DNA of 64,000 nt, taken from positions 5,512-69,511 of the forward strand of contig CALHYX010000050.1 of assembly GCA_938041035.1 (NCBI GenBank), given 5' to 3'. The notes below the pieces were generated by a model that did no database searches, was not told the origin of the DNA, and saw only the letters and a program-made list of their open reading frames with translations. Shown piece by piece: positions 28,865-39,858 of this stretch. Each line of letters opens with the position of its first letter. Positions within the stretch are counted from its first letter, which is position 1. Both the position numbers and the translations under genes were made by a program. The DNA is from an uncultured Acidimicrobiales bacterium (GTDB lineage Bacteria > Actinomycetota > Acidimicrobiia > Acidimicrobiales > SHLQ01).

Positions 28865-30928
28865 ATGAGGATGCGCAACGTAGCGGCGGCCACCGCGTTG
28901 GTGAGCGGCATGCTGGTAGCGCCCGCGAGCGCCAGTTCAACCGAGGTGGCCACCGAGCCAACACCCGGGTTCAGCGCCGACGCCGGCGCGACCGAGGTCG
29001 TGCGGGGCGAGGTGCTATCTCGCACCTACGTCGACGTCGGCGGAATCGTCACCACCCGGACCGTGGTCGAAGTCGACCAGACGGTCACCGGCACCGCGGC
29101 CGGAACGATCGTGGTCGAAACCGAGGGCGGCATCACCGACGACGGGCTGATCCAGGTCACCTCCCATCAACCAGAACTCGAACTCGGCGCCATCGTCGAA
29201 CTCGAACTCGAACGCGCCACCGGCGCGGGTCTCGCCACCGCCAACGAGGCGACGAGCGACGACTCCTCCGACCAGGTCTTTCGCGTCGTCGGCGACGAAG
29301 AGGGCGAAACCGTCCTCGTCGAGGGCGATGAGGACGACTTGGCGGGCGAGGGCTTCCACGGCTTCGCCGCCGAACAGAACGCCACCAACTACGTGCTCAA
29401 GGACTACTCGTTCGACCAGTTCCCGACCGGGGTGCCCTACGTGGTCAACCCGAACACGTCCGACGTCGCCGGGACCGGCGAACTCGCCGCGGTCCAGGCC
29501 GGCTTCCAGGTCTGGGAGAACGATCCGTTCTCCGACATCAACTTCGACTACGCCGGTTCGACCACCGTCACCAGCCGAGCCCTCGATGGCCAGAACGCGG
29601 TGTTCTGGGCCCCCGGCAGCGGCTTCCTCGGCCGGGCGACCACCTGGTTCACCGCCGACGGCCGCGTCGTCGAGTTCGACATTCACCTGAACAGCGACTT
29701 CGCCTGGGCGGACCTGCCCAGCGGACCTCAGTTCGACATCCGTTCGGTCGTCATCCACGAATCCGGCCACGCCCTCGGGCTGGGCCACCCGCCCGGCGAC
29801 GAATCGGTCATGTTCGAATCGCTGTTCCAGGGCGCCACCAAGTGGAACCTGTCCACGGGCGACCTCGCCGGCATCGGCGTCAAGTACGGCATTCCGACCT
29901 GTGGCGGCCAGCTGCCGACCATCCTCGGCACCGCCGCCGGTGAGCGCATCGACGGCACGAACGGCGACGACATCATCTTCGCCGGCGCAGGCGACGACAC
30001 CGTCTACGGCCACGGCGGCAACGACATCATCTGCGGCTTCGACGGTGACGACACGATCTACGGCGGCGACGGTGACGACACCGTGTACGGCGAAGCGGAC
30101 GACGACGTGCTGCGCGGCGGTTACGGCAACGACACCCTCGAGGGGGGCTACGGCATCGACGACGCCAAGGGCGAGTGGGGCGTCGACCTCGTCCGCGGTG
30201 GCCCGGGCAACGACATCGTCGGCGGCGGCCCCGGCGACGATCGAGTCGAAGGCGGCTCGGGTAATGACATCGTCCGCGGCGGCCCCCAGAACGACGATCT
30301 CTGGGGCAACGCGGGCGACGACAAGCTCGTCGGCCAGATGGGTGAGGACGTGCTGCACGGCGGCACCGGCCGCGACAACCTGCAGGGCAACGAACACGAC
30401 GACGTCCTCGACGGCGGGCCCGGCAACGACCGGCTGAAGGGCAACGGGCACCGCGATCTGCTCCGCGGCGGTGACGGCGACGACTACCTGCACGGTGGCA
30501 CCGATGTCGACCGCCTGATCGGCGGCGATGGGAACGACAAGCTCTACGGCGCCGGTGGTGACGACCGCATCTACGGCGGCGACGGGAACGACTACGCCCA
30601 CGGTGGCGGTCACGACGACCTCATCCGCGGTGAAGCGGGCGACGACGACGTGCGCGGCGGCGCCGGCGAGGACAACGTCGGCGGCGGTTCGGGCCACGAC
30701 TACGTCTACGGGTTCCAGGACGACGACCTGCTGAACGGCAACACCGGCAACGATCGGCTCTACGGAGGTGACGGTGACGATGTCGTCAACGGTGGAGCCG
30801 GCGCCGACACGCTGTACGGCGAGGCCGGCAAGGACGTCCTCCACGGCGGCGATGACACCGACTCCTGTCTCGGCGGGGCGGCCGCCGACAAAGCGGTGTT
30901 CTGCGAGAACGAGCTGAGCGTCCCCTAG
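28865..30928 (+). CDS. Secreted M10-type zinc metalloprotease fused to a long GGxGxD beta-roll region (serralysin-like architecture)
   Basis: Has the signal peptide MRMRNVAAATALVSGMLVAPASA. HESGHALGLGH lies at 29756-29788 and is followed by a SVM Met-turn. The C-terminal half consists of calcium-binding nonapeptide repeats. Confidence 0.85.
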   Translation: MRMRNVAAATALVSGMLVAPASASSTEVATEPTPGFSADAGATEVVRGEVLSRTYVDVGGIVTTRTVVEVDQTVTGTAAGTIVVETEGGITDDGLIQVTSHQPELELGAIVELELERATGAGLATANEATSDDSSDQVFRVVGDEEGETVLVEGDEDDLAGEGFHGFAAEQNATNYVLKDYSFDQFPTGVPYVVNPNTSDVAGTGELAAVQAGFQVWENDPFSDINFDYAGSTTVTSRALDGQNAVFWAPGSGFLGRATTWFTADGRVVEFDIHLNSDFAWADLPSGPQFDIRSVVIHESGHALGLGHPPGDESVMFESLFQGATKWNLSTGDLAGIGVKYGIPTCGGQLPTILGTAAGERIDGTNGDDIIFAGAGDDTVYGHGGNDIICGFDGDDTIYGGDGDDTVYGEADDDVLRGGYGNDTLEGGYGIDDAKGEWGVDLVRGGPGNDIVGGGPGDDRVEGGSGNDIVRGGPQNDDLWGNAGDDKLVGQMGEDVLHGGTGRDNLQGNEHDDVLDGGPGNDRLKGNGHRDLLRGGDGDDYLHGGTDVDRLIGGDGNDKLYGAGGDDRIYGGDGNDYAHGGGHDDLIRGEAGDDDVRGGAGEDNVGGGSGHDYVYGFQDDDLLNGNTGNDRLYGGDGDDVVNGGAGADTLYGEAGKDVLHGGDDTDSCLGGAAADKAVFCENELSVP

Positions 30929-31067
30929 CGCGGCCAAGCCCGCGCGGCGTCGTGGGGTGCGGAGAAAAATCCGATCGGGGCATGCGCCATCGGCGAATCC
31001 CGGACCACTACGGTTTTGGGCGATTTGGATCCACCGCTCACCGGAGATCCATGGCGAAAGGGCCCCG

Positions 31068-32702
31068 ATGCAGCCGAAGTTGTTCCCGATCACCCACCCC
31101 GACCAGCGGCAGAGAACTCGCCCCCGGCGACGCCGACTCGCCACGGTCGCGCTCGCGACGGCGACCGCGGTGTTCGGACTGGCACCGGCTGCGTCGGCTC
31201 AGCCACCGATGTGCGACGGAATCGCCGCCACCATCGTCGGTACCGCCGCCAGCGAAACGCTCATCGGAACCCCCGGCGCCGACGTGATCTACGCGGGCGC
31301 CGGTGACGACACCGTCGACGGCCTCGGGGGCGACGACACCATTTGCGGAGGCGACGGACTCGACAACGTCGAGGGCGGCGACGGCGCCGACACCATTATC
31401 GGCGACGCCGGCCAGGACTCGCTCAACGGCGGGCCGGGCGACGATTTCATCGACGGCGGCCTCGGCGTGGACTTCATCGAAGGAAACGACGGCGACGACC
31501 TGGTCTCCGGCGGCAACGATAACGACGTCATCCTCGGCGGCGCCGGCGTCGACGAACTCCTCGGCGATGCGGGTGACGACACCATCGAAGGTGGTGCCGA
31601 CGACGACGTATTGCGCGGCGGCCCCGGCGACGACACGATCCGCGGCGACGACGGCGATGACCTCGTTCGAGGTGGCGCGGGGAACGACGACATCGAAACC
31701 GGAGCCGGGGAGGACCGGATCTTCGCCGAGTCCGACGACGACGAGGTCGACGGCGGGCCCGACAACGACCTGATCGACGGCGGAATCGGCAACGACAACA
31801 TGAACGGCGGCGACGGAAACGACACCCTCAGCGGTGGCGACGGCGACGACATCCTCGCCGGCGGTCTCGGTGACGATCTCATCGGCGGTGACGACGGCAG
31901 CGACACGATCGAGGGCGGCTTCGGCGACGACGAGATCTACGGCGGACTCGGCGACGACCAGGTGTCCGGGGACCACGGGGCCGACGAGATCCACGGCGGA
32001 TCCGGCGCCGACACCCTCGGCGGCGGTGCCGACGTCGACCTGATCTTCGGCGACGATGGCGGCGACCTGCTTCGGGGTGGTCCCGGCAACGACGTCATGA
32101 AAGGCGGCCTCGACGACGACACGTTGATCGGCTTCCTCGGCGACGACAACCTCGACGGCGAGGACGGCGACGACCTCGTCGCCGGCAACGGGGGCGACGA
32201 CATCCTCGTCGGCGGCACCGGCGAGGACACGGTGAACGGCGGGCTGGGCAACGACACCGTGAGCGGTGGCGACGGAGGCGACAACATGAACGGCGGGGCG
32301 GGGAACGACCGCCTGGTGGGCGGCAACGGCAACGACGTTCTCAAGCCAGGTGCCGACGACGACGAGGTGCTCGCCGGCGACGGAGACGACCTCGTGTTCG
32401 CCGGCGGTGGAGACGACCTCGTGCGCGGCGGCAACGGTAACGACGTCGTGCGCGGCGGCAACGGTAACGACACCCTCATCGGCAACGCCGGCACCGACAG
32501 CCTCGACGGCGCCCGAGGCAACGACGTGCTTCACGGCGGGCCGGGAAATGATGCCCTGGTCGGCTCGTTCGGCGACGACTCGCTCTTCGGCGACGCCGGC
32601 GCCGACTTCCTCCGCGGCGGCTTTGGCATCGCCGACACCTGCAACGGCGGCCCCGACCCCGACGTGGGCGAAGGCTGCGAAACGACCATCGCGATTCCCT
32701 GA
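31068..32702 (+). CDS. Secreted calcium-binding beta-roll (RTX-like) repeat protein
   Basis: ATG 31068. Has the twin-arginine-like signal RPRRRRLATVALATATAVFGLAPAASA. Almost the whole mature protein is GGxGxDxLx repeats. Confidence 0.8.
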   Translation: MQPKLFPITHPDQRQRTRPRRRRLATVALATATAVFGLAPAASAQPPMCDGIAATIVGTAASETLIGTPGADVIYAGAGDDTVDGLGGDDTICGGDGLDNVEGGDGADTIIGDAGQDSLNGGPGDDFIDGGLGVDFIEGNDGDDLVSGGNDNDVILGGAGVDELLGDAGDDTIEGGADDDVLRGGPGDDTIRGDDGDDLVRGGAGNDDIETGAGEDRIFAESDDDEVDGGPDNDLIDGGIGNDNMNGGDGNDTLSGGDGDDILAGGLGDDLIGGDDGSDTIEGGFGDDEIYGGLGDDQVSGDHGADEIHGGSGADTLGGGADVDLIFGDDGGDLLRGGPGNDVMKGGLDDDTLIGFLGDDNLDGEDGDDLVAGNGGDDILVGGTGEDTVNGGLGNDTVSGGDGGDNMNGGAGNDRLVGGNGNDVLKPGADDDEVLAGDGDDLVFAGGGDDLVRGGNGNDVVRGGNGNDTLIGNAGTDSLDGARGNDVLHGGPGNDALVGSFGDDSLFGDAGADFLRGGFGIADTCNGGPDPDVGEGCETTIAIP

Positions 32703-32841
32703 TCGACGCCCCCAGCGGCGTACCCAACCCAAAAATGGTTCCAATTACCCACGGTGTGCCCTTGTGCACCGACCCTGCCCTCGCCGACAATGGAGTGCGG
32801 AGTTTCCCCGCTCCGCCCGCCCCCACCGAAAGAACCCACGC

Positions 32842-34125
32842 ATGAAACGTTCCGCCTCAATCGCTGCGTTGAGCCTGATCGGCGCCCTGCTCGCCGTCCC
32901 CGCAACCGCATCTGCCCAAACGGTGACCTGCACCCGGCTCACCCCGACGATCGTCGGCACCCCGGGCGACGATGTCCTCACCGGTACCCCGGGTCCCGAC
33001 GTCATCGTCGGCCTCGGCGGCAACGACATCATCAACGGCCTGGGCGGCGACGACCGCCTGTGCGGCGGCGACGGCAACGATGAAGTGCACGGCGGCGACG
33101 GACGGGACTTCGTGGTCGGCGATCACGACCTCGACACCCTGACCGGCGGCGACGGCGACGACGTCATCCGAGGCGGACTCGGAGCTGACGACATCGACGC
33201 CGGGGCGGGCGACGACTTCGTGAACGGCGGCGACGGCTGGGACACGATCATTGCCGGTGATGGCAACGACACGGTGCTCGGCGGCAACGGCCTCGACACC
33301 ATTTCCGGCGGCGAAGGCGACGACAACATCGAAGGCAACGGCCGACCCGACACCGTCGACGGCGGACCCGGCAACGACTTCGTCAACGGTGGCGCAGGCG
33401 AAGACCTCGTCATCGGCGGCACCGGCGACGACAAGCTCCGCGGCGGCGCCAGCGACTTCGACGACGTAATCGAAGGCGGCTCGGGCAACGACGACATCCG
33501 CGCCGGCGACGGCGACGACACCGTCAACGGTGGTGGCGGCAACGACATCATCTACGGCGGATTTGGCGACGACGTGCTCCACGGCGACGTGGGCGCGGAC
33601 GATGTCTTCGGCGACGAGGGCTTCGACATGGTGTTTGGCGACAACGGCCGGGACGATGTCTTCGGCGGGCCTGACGACGACTACGTCGACGGCGGCGGCA
33701 GCGACGACACCGTGTGGGGCGGCCGCGGCAACGACACGCTCGTCGGTGGCGATGGCAACGACCAGCTCTTCGGCCTCGAAGACGTCGATAGCCTCGACGG
33801 TGGAGCCGGAAACGACATCCTCGAAGCGGGTCGGGGCAACGACACGCTCATCGGCGGCGAAGGCAACGACGCCCTCAACGGTGACGTCGGCCGCGACACG
33901 ATCGATGGCGGCGACGGTAACGACATCATTTCCGGCGCCCACGGCTGGGACACCATCGACGGTGGCCTCGGCAACGACATGATCGACGGCGGCAGTGGTA
34001 ACGACACCATCGCCGGCGGCGACGGCGACGACGCCATCATCGGTGGTACCGGCACCGATTCCTGCGACGGCGGCCTCGGTATCGACACCGAGGCGACGTG
34101 TGAAACATCGGTGGGTTTCCCCTAG
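32842..34125 (+). CDS. Secreted calcium-binding beta-roll (RTX-like) repeat protein
   Basis: ATG 32842. Has the signal peptide MKRSASIAALSLIGALLAVPATASA followed by GGxGxD repeats throughout. Confidence 0.8.
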   Translation: MKRSASIAALSLIGALLAVPATASAQTVTCTRLTPTIVGTPGDDVLTGTPGPDVIVGLGGNDIINGLGGDDRLCGGDGNDEVHGGDGRDFVVGDHDLDTLTGGDGDDVIRGGLGADDIDAGAGDDFVNGGDGWDTIIAGDGNDTVLGGNGLDTISGGEGDDNIEGNGRPDTVDGGPGNDFVNGGAGEDLVIGGTGDDKLRGGASDFDDVIEGGSGNDDIRAGDGDDTVNGGGGNDIIYGGFGDDVLHGDVGADDVFGDEGFDMVFGDNGRDDVFGGPDDDYVDGGGSDDTVWGGRGNDTLVGGDGNDQLFGLEDVDSLDGGAGNDILEAGRGNDTLIGGEGNDALNGDVGRDTIDGGDGNDIISGAHGWDTIDGGLGNDMIDGGSGNDTIAGGDGDDAIIGGTGTDSCDGGLGIDTEATCETSVGFP

Positions 34126-34182
34126 CTCAACGCCCGATGACCGGGTGAATCAGGCTCGGTCGAAACGAAACACTGCGTGCGA

Positions 34183-34210
34183 CGGCCCTCTCCGGTTCCG
34201 GGGAGGGCCG
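34183..34210 (+). terminator. GC-rich hairpin between convergent genes. Candidate intrinsic terminator.
   Basis: CGGCCCTCTCC-GGTTCC-GGGGAGGGCCG forms an 11-bp stem with one G-U pair, followed by TTCCCGTTGT. Confidence 0.4.
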
Positions 34211-34240
34211 TTCCCGTTGTCGGCCACTCCCCGCGGCCGC

Positions 34241-35149
34241 TCACGCGAGGTCGCCAGGAGCGGCACCCAGGACTCGGGAACCCAACTCGAGCCATTCGGC
34301 GGCCTTCGCTGGGAGCTGCGTCGCCGCCGCCCGCCGGTAGTCATCGATGATCGCCTCGGGAATCACGCCTTGCCACCGCCCGGCACCGCCCCGATGGAAG
34401 AAGGAATCTGCGCCGCCTTCGAAGAGCCGGTCCATCCCCTGGTCGCTCTCGCGCATCGACGCCAGCGTGCATCGTTCGACGACACTCGACCACTGGTGGT
34501 CCGCCACCGGGCAGCCAAGAAAATCACCAACCCGGCGCATCTCGCCCTCCGGATCGTCCCAGAGGTCGGCGTAGTGCACGAAACAGACGTTGGGCTCGCG
34601 GCGGCGCGACCACCAGGAGCCGAGGTGGCGCAGCGGTGAGCACATCGCGCTCCACTCGTCGTAGAGCCGGTGATAGTCACCCCCAAACCGGAGGTCTATG
34701 GGTGCGACGCCATCTTCGGCCGCGAGCTCGTTCATGAACTCGACGGCCTCGGCGCGCATGTGCCTGCGATGGTTGCCCCAGGAGAGCAGCGCATCGGGAC
34801 CATCGCGGTACACCACGATGTAGGAGCAATGGGCGACAAACGGCGTGCAGTCAGCGGGACTGTGGGTCTTGATCGACCGCCGGTGCACCTGCTGCTCGAG
34901 GTGCTCGACGATCTCGGAAATCGGCCGCATTCGCATATCGACCCACCGAGCGAGTTCGCGCCGAGAGCCGGGTGGGTCGCCGGCCGGCCACAGCACTGCG
35001 TGCACGATCTCCTGCATCCAGGTGGTCCCGCTCTTCGGCGGCGTGCTGACGATGATGTCGCCTGGGCGGGTTTCGATGTGACGCCAGCGCCGACTGTCTT
35101 CGATCGCCGTAACGAAGTCAGCCGGAACTGCGTCGGGATTGTCGACCAT
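34241..35149 (-). CDS. Sulfotransferase (PAPS-dependent, Sulfotransfer_1-like)
   Basis: Has the 5'-PSB loop PPKSGTTWMQEI and a 3'-PB-like HRGGAGRWQG. Confidence 0.8.
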   Translation of the reverse strand: MVDNPDAVPADFVTAIEDSRRWRHIETRPGDIIVSTPPKSGTTWMQEIVHAVLWPAGDPPGSRRELARWVDMRMRPISEIVEHLEQQVHRRSIKTHSPADCTPFVAHCSYIVVYRDGPDALLSWGNHRRHMRAEAVEFMNELAAEDGVAPIDLRFGGDYHRLYDEWSAMCSPLRHLGSWWSRRREPNVCFVHYADLWDDPEGEMRRVGDFLGCPVADHQWSSVVERCTLASMRESDQGMDRLFEGGADSFFHRGGAGRWQGVIPEAIIDDYRRAAATQLPAKAAEWLELGSRVLGAAPGDLA

Positions 35150-35231
35150 CGCCGGATGCTACGGCAGGGCGGGGCCGCTATCGACGGAATTGGCTAGGCA
35201 AGCGGGCCTGTGCCCACTAGCGTTGGCCGCC

Positions 35232-37071
<1,840 letters not shown>

Positions 37072-37111
37072 CGCGTCGCGGCGGCCGTTCCGTCGAGACC
37101 GTCGGCCTCCG

Positions 37112-37486
37112 TCAGCTGTCGGGGGGCGACTCGTCCACCACGGCGAGGGTCCCGGCGTCGGTGTCGATCTCCACGAGCGCCCCGTCGGCGGGTTCATCGG
37201 CGCTGAACGAGACGTTCATCAACGCGGCGATACCGAAGTCACGGCTGATGATCGCCAGATGGCTCTCGATGTCGCCTGCCCGACAGATGATGCCGGCCAG
37301 ATCGGCCTCGATGGGCGCCAGAAACGTGGCTCCGGCGTCGGCGACGAGCGCCACCAGTTCGGTGGCGGCATCGTCGCCTTCGTCGAGCACGGCGATGACG
37401 TCATCGGGTGTGGTGAATCGCCGTAACCGGCCCTGCACCCGCGCGCCGGCCACAATGGGGTTGCCGGAGGCAACAATGGTAGTCAT
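37112..37486 (-). CDS. Stand-alone PEP-utilizing-enzyme mobile (swivel phosphohistidine) domain protein
   Basis: 124 aa. ICRAGDIESHLAIISRDFGIAAL matches the GGxTSHAAIVARExGIP phosphohistidine motif of PEP synthase / PPDK / rifampin phosphotransferase swivel domains. Confidence 0.7.
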   Translation of the reverse strand: MTTIVASGNPIVAGARVQGRLRRFTTPDDVIAVLDEGDDAATELVALVADAGATFLAPIEADLAGIICRAGDIESHLAIISRDFGIAALMNVSFSADEPADGALVEIDTDAGTLAVVDESPPDS

Positions 37487-37498
37487 GGTGATGGCTCG

Positions 37499-38581
37499 CT
37501 AGAACTCGATGACCTGGCGGATGACGTCGGCGTCGCCAAGGGCTCCGAGGGCCTCGTTGACCTCGTCGATCTTGATCCGACGCGAGATCATGCCCTCGAG
37601 GTCGAGCTTGCCCGCCTTGTAGAGCCGAAGGAACCGATCGAAGTCCGTGCGGACATCGGCGCCGCCGTACATCGACCCGACGAGGGTCTTCTCGCTGAAG
37701 AACATCTCAAAGGCGTTGAGCTCAAAGGTCTCCTCGGCCCGACCCACGCCGACGATGCACGCCGTCCCGCCGCGGCGGATCAGGTCGAAGGACTGGCGCA
37801 TCGTCTGAGGCAGGCCGATGCACTCCAGCGCGAAGTCGAAGCCGTCGCCGCCGGTGATCTCGGCCTTGACGTCCTCGATCTGGTCCGGCGTGGCGGTGTG
37901 GGTGGCGCCGAAGGCCTTGGCCCGATCGAGCTTGCCCTCGTGGAGGTCGATGGCAACGATCTCGGCGGCACCGGCGACCCGGGCACCCTGGATGGCCGCA
38001 ACCCCGACGCCGCCGGCGCCGATGACGACGACCGAGGAGCCCGGGGTGACCTTGGCGGTGTTGAGCGCGGCGCCCACCCCGGTGGTGACCCCACAGCCGA
38101 TGAGCGCCGCGATGTCGAGCGGAATGTCGTTGTCGATCTTGATGGCCGCGCTGGAGGGAACGATGGTCTCCTCGGCGAAGGTGCCACAGCCGGTCATGGA
38201 ACCAACGGGCTCGCCGCCGCGCATGAACTGGCTGTTCATCGCCATGGAGATCGTGCCGGTCATGCAGAGGTTCGGCTGATGCCGGCCCGTGCAGTACGGG
38301 CAGGTGCCGCAGGGGGGCGAGAAGGCGATGATGACATGATCGCCCGGGGCGACATGGGTGACGCCGTCACCGACGTCGGTGACCACGCCGGCGCCCTCGT
38401 GGCCGAGCACTGCGGGAGGCGGCTGCGGGATGGTGCCGTTCATCGCGGAAAGGTCGGAATGGCACACGCCGCTGTGAGAGATCTTGATCTGCACGTCGCC
38501 GGGGTTGAGTGAGCGAAGACTGACGTCGTCGGCGACCACCAATTCATCGGTGGGCACGGTGGTCATGATCGCAGCAAGCAT
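37499..38581 (-). CDS. Zinc-dependent alcohol dehydrogenase (class III / mycothiol-dependent formaldehyde dehydrogenase-like)
   Basis: ATG 38581. Has the motifs GVCHSDLS, GHEGAGVV, the structural-zinc CGTCPYCTG and the NAD motif VIGAGGVG. Confidence 0.88.
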   Translation of the reverse strand: MLAAIMTTVPTDELVVADDVSLRSLNPGDVQIKISHSGVCHSDLSAMNGTIPQPPPAVLGHEGAGVVTDVGDGVTHVAPGDHVIIAFSPPCGTCPYCTGRHQPNLCMTGTISMAMNSQFMRGGEPVGSMTGCGTFAEETIVPSSAAIKIDNDIPLDIAALIGCGVTTGVGAALNTAKVTPGSSVVVIGAGGVGVAAIQGARVAGAAEIVAIDLHEGKLDRAKAFGATHTATPDQIEDVKAEITGGDGFDFALECIGLPQTMRQSFDLIRRGGTACIVGVGRAEETFELNAFEMFFSEKTLVGSMYGGADVRTDFDRFLRLYKAGKLDLEGMISRRIKIDEVNEALGALGDADVIRQVIEF

Positions 38582-38666
38582 TGTTCCCCTTGGAGGCTCG
38601 AACCGGTGTTGCCGCCGACGGTAGTGGAACTGGTTCCATTGCGGCGAATACCGCAGTGGTTTCGAG

Positions 38667-39839
38667 GTGACGGTTGATGAGTATGGTTCGTGGATGGCGA
38701 TCACTGGAACGACGCGCTCGACCTCCGAGCTGAATCTGCTCATCGACTACTGGGACCGGCTGACCTATGAGAACTCGCGCAAGCGGACGTCGCTCACGTC
38801 GGGGTTGATCCCGGTCCGCGAATACGTCTCGATATCGGGCGTGGAGGCGTGGTTGCGGTGGCCGGCCATCTTCGACCAGCTCGACGAGGCGATGGGGGCC
38901 GCCGAGCTCGGTGCCGCGTTGCGAGGCCCGGGAACCCGCACCACCAATGCGCACCCCTTTGCCCTTCCGGTCATCCCGTTCGGTGGGTGGCGGGCGGTCG
39001 ACCGGTTGGCGGAGTACGGGTTGGTCGAAGCCGTCGACGATGTCGAGGAGCGCGTCGACAAGATTCTCGACTTCTGGATTCGCTTCGTCGAGCCCTGGCG
39101 CGCCGACGGGTTCCGGTCGTGCTGGGACGCGGCGAACACGCTGCGTACCTGCGATCCCGAAATCATCGAGACCCTTGCCGATCACGCCCAGCCGGTCGTC
39201 GGCGCCGACGAGAACCGGCTGGCTCGCCGATTCGTGGCCGGACTACAGCAGTATCTGTTCCTGCTGTACCTCGATACCCGTCTGGGTACCGGCGACTCGG
39301 GCCCGTACCCCCTGCCCAACGGTCGCCACATGATCGTGCGCGAGTATTCGGGGCTCGGCCAGAGCTGGATCCCCTGGAGCGATGTCGGCGCGGATGCTCC
39401 CTATAACGAGGTCGTGGTCGGCCTCGTGTTCCGACCGGGCATCCACAACCAGGTCACCGACCTGTCGACCACCTTCTCGGTGCCCGCCGACAACCTCGAG
39501 TTTCTCGAGGCGATTTCGATCATGGCGCCCGGCCCCGACGGCACGCTCGTGCCGGTGCACGAACAGCGCGTCGAAATTGCCGCCGAGGTGAAAACTGCGC
39601 AGGCCGCCATCTACCGACGGATCGCCGGATGGTCGATGGCCGAGAAGGTGCATAACGGCGCCCACGTGTATTTCCGGGGACTGTTGTGGCCGCTCACCTC
39701 GGTCGCCGGGATCGACGAGGCAATCGACTGGTCCCTGCCCGGCGAGTCGGCGGCAGAGGCGTGGCCATTATTCGAAGGCGGCCTGCCCGAGGATCAGGCC
39801 GAAATGCAGCCGCCGTTGTTTCTGCGCTTGCCCGAGTAA
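38667..39839 (+). CDS. Hypothetical protein (390 aa, no recognised domain)
   Basis: Long ORF with strong GC3 coding bias, divergent from the ADH operon. The start is GTG 38667 or ATG 38694. Confidence 0.65.
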   Translation: MTVDEYGSWMAITGTTRSTSELNLLIDYWDRLTYENSRKRTSLTSGLIPVREYVSISGVEAWLRWPAIFDQLDEAMGAAELGAALRGPGTRTTNAHPFALPVIPFGGWRAVDRLAEYGLVEAVDDVEERVDKILDFWIRFVEPWRADGFRSCWDAANTLRTCDPEIIETLADHAQPVVGADENRLARRFVAGLQQYLFLLYLDTRLGTGDSGPYPLPNGRHMIVREYSGLGQSWIPWSDVGADAPYNEVVVGLVFRPGIHNQVTDLSTTFSVPADNLEFLEAISIMAPGPDGTLVPVHEQRVEIAAEVKTAQAAIYRRIAGWSMAEKVHNGAHVYFRGLLWPLTSVAGIDEAIDWSLPGESAAEAWPLFEGGLPEDQAEMQPPLFLRLPE

Positions 39840-39858
39840 GAGCGCGCCCGGCCCCGAC

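Noticed and set aside
29015-33942. Very long minus-strand ORFs (709, 568 and 361 aa) antisense to the three beta-roll genes
   Set aside because: They are mirror-frame artefacts of GGC/GAC-rich nonapeptide repeats and translate to low-complexity V/A/D/G strings. The plus-strand frames instead have signal peptides, a HExxH protease motif and canonical GGxGxD repeats.
28865-34125. Nucleotide-level periodic repeats considered as a CRISPR or non-coding tandem array
   Set aside because: The periodicity is 27 nt and in-frame, and it encodes calcium-binding nonapeptides. There is no repeat-spacer structure and there are no cas genes in the window.
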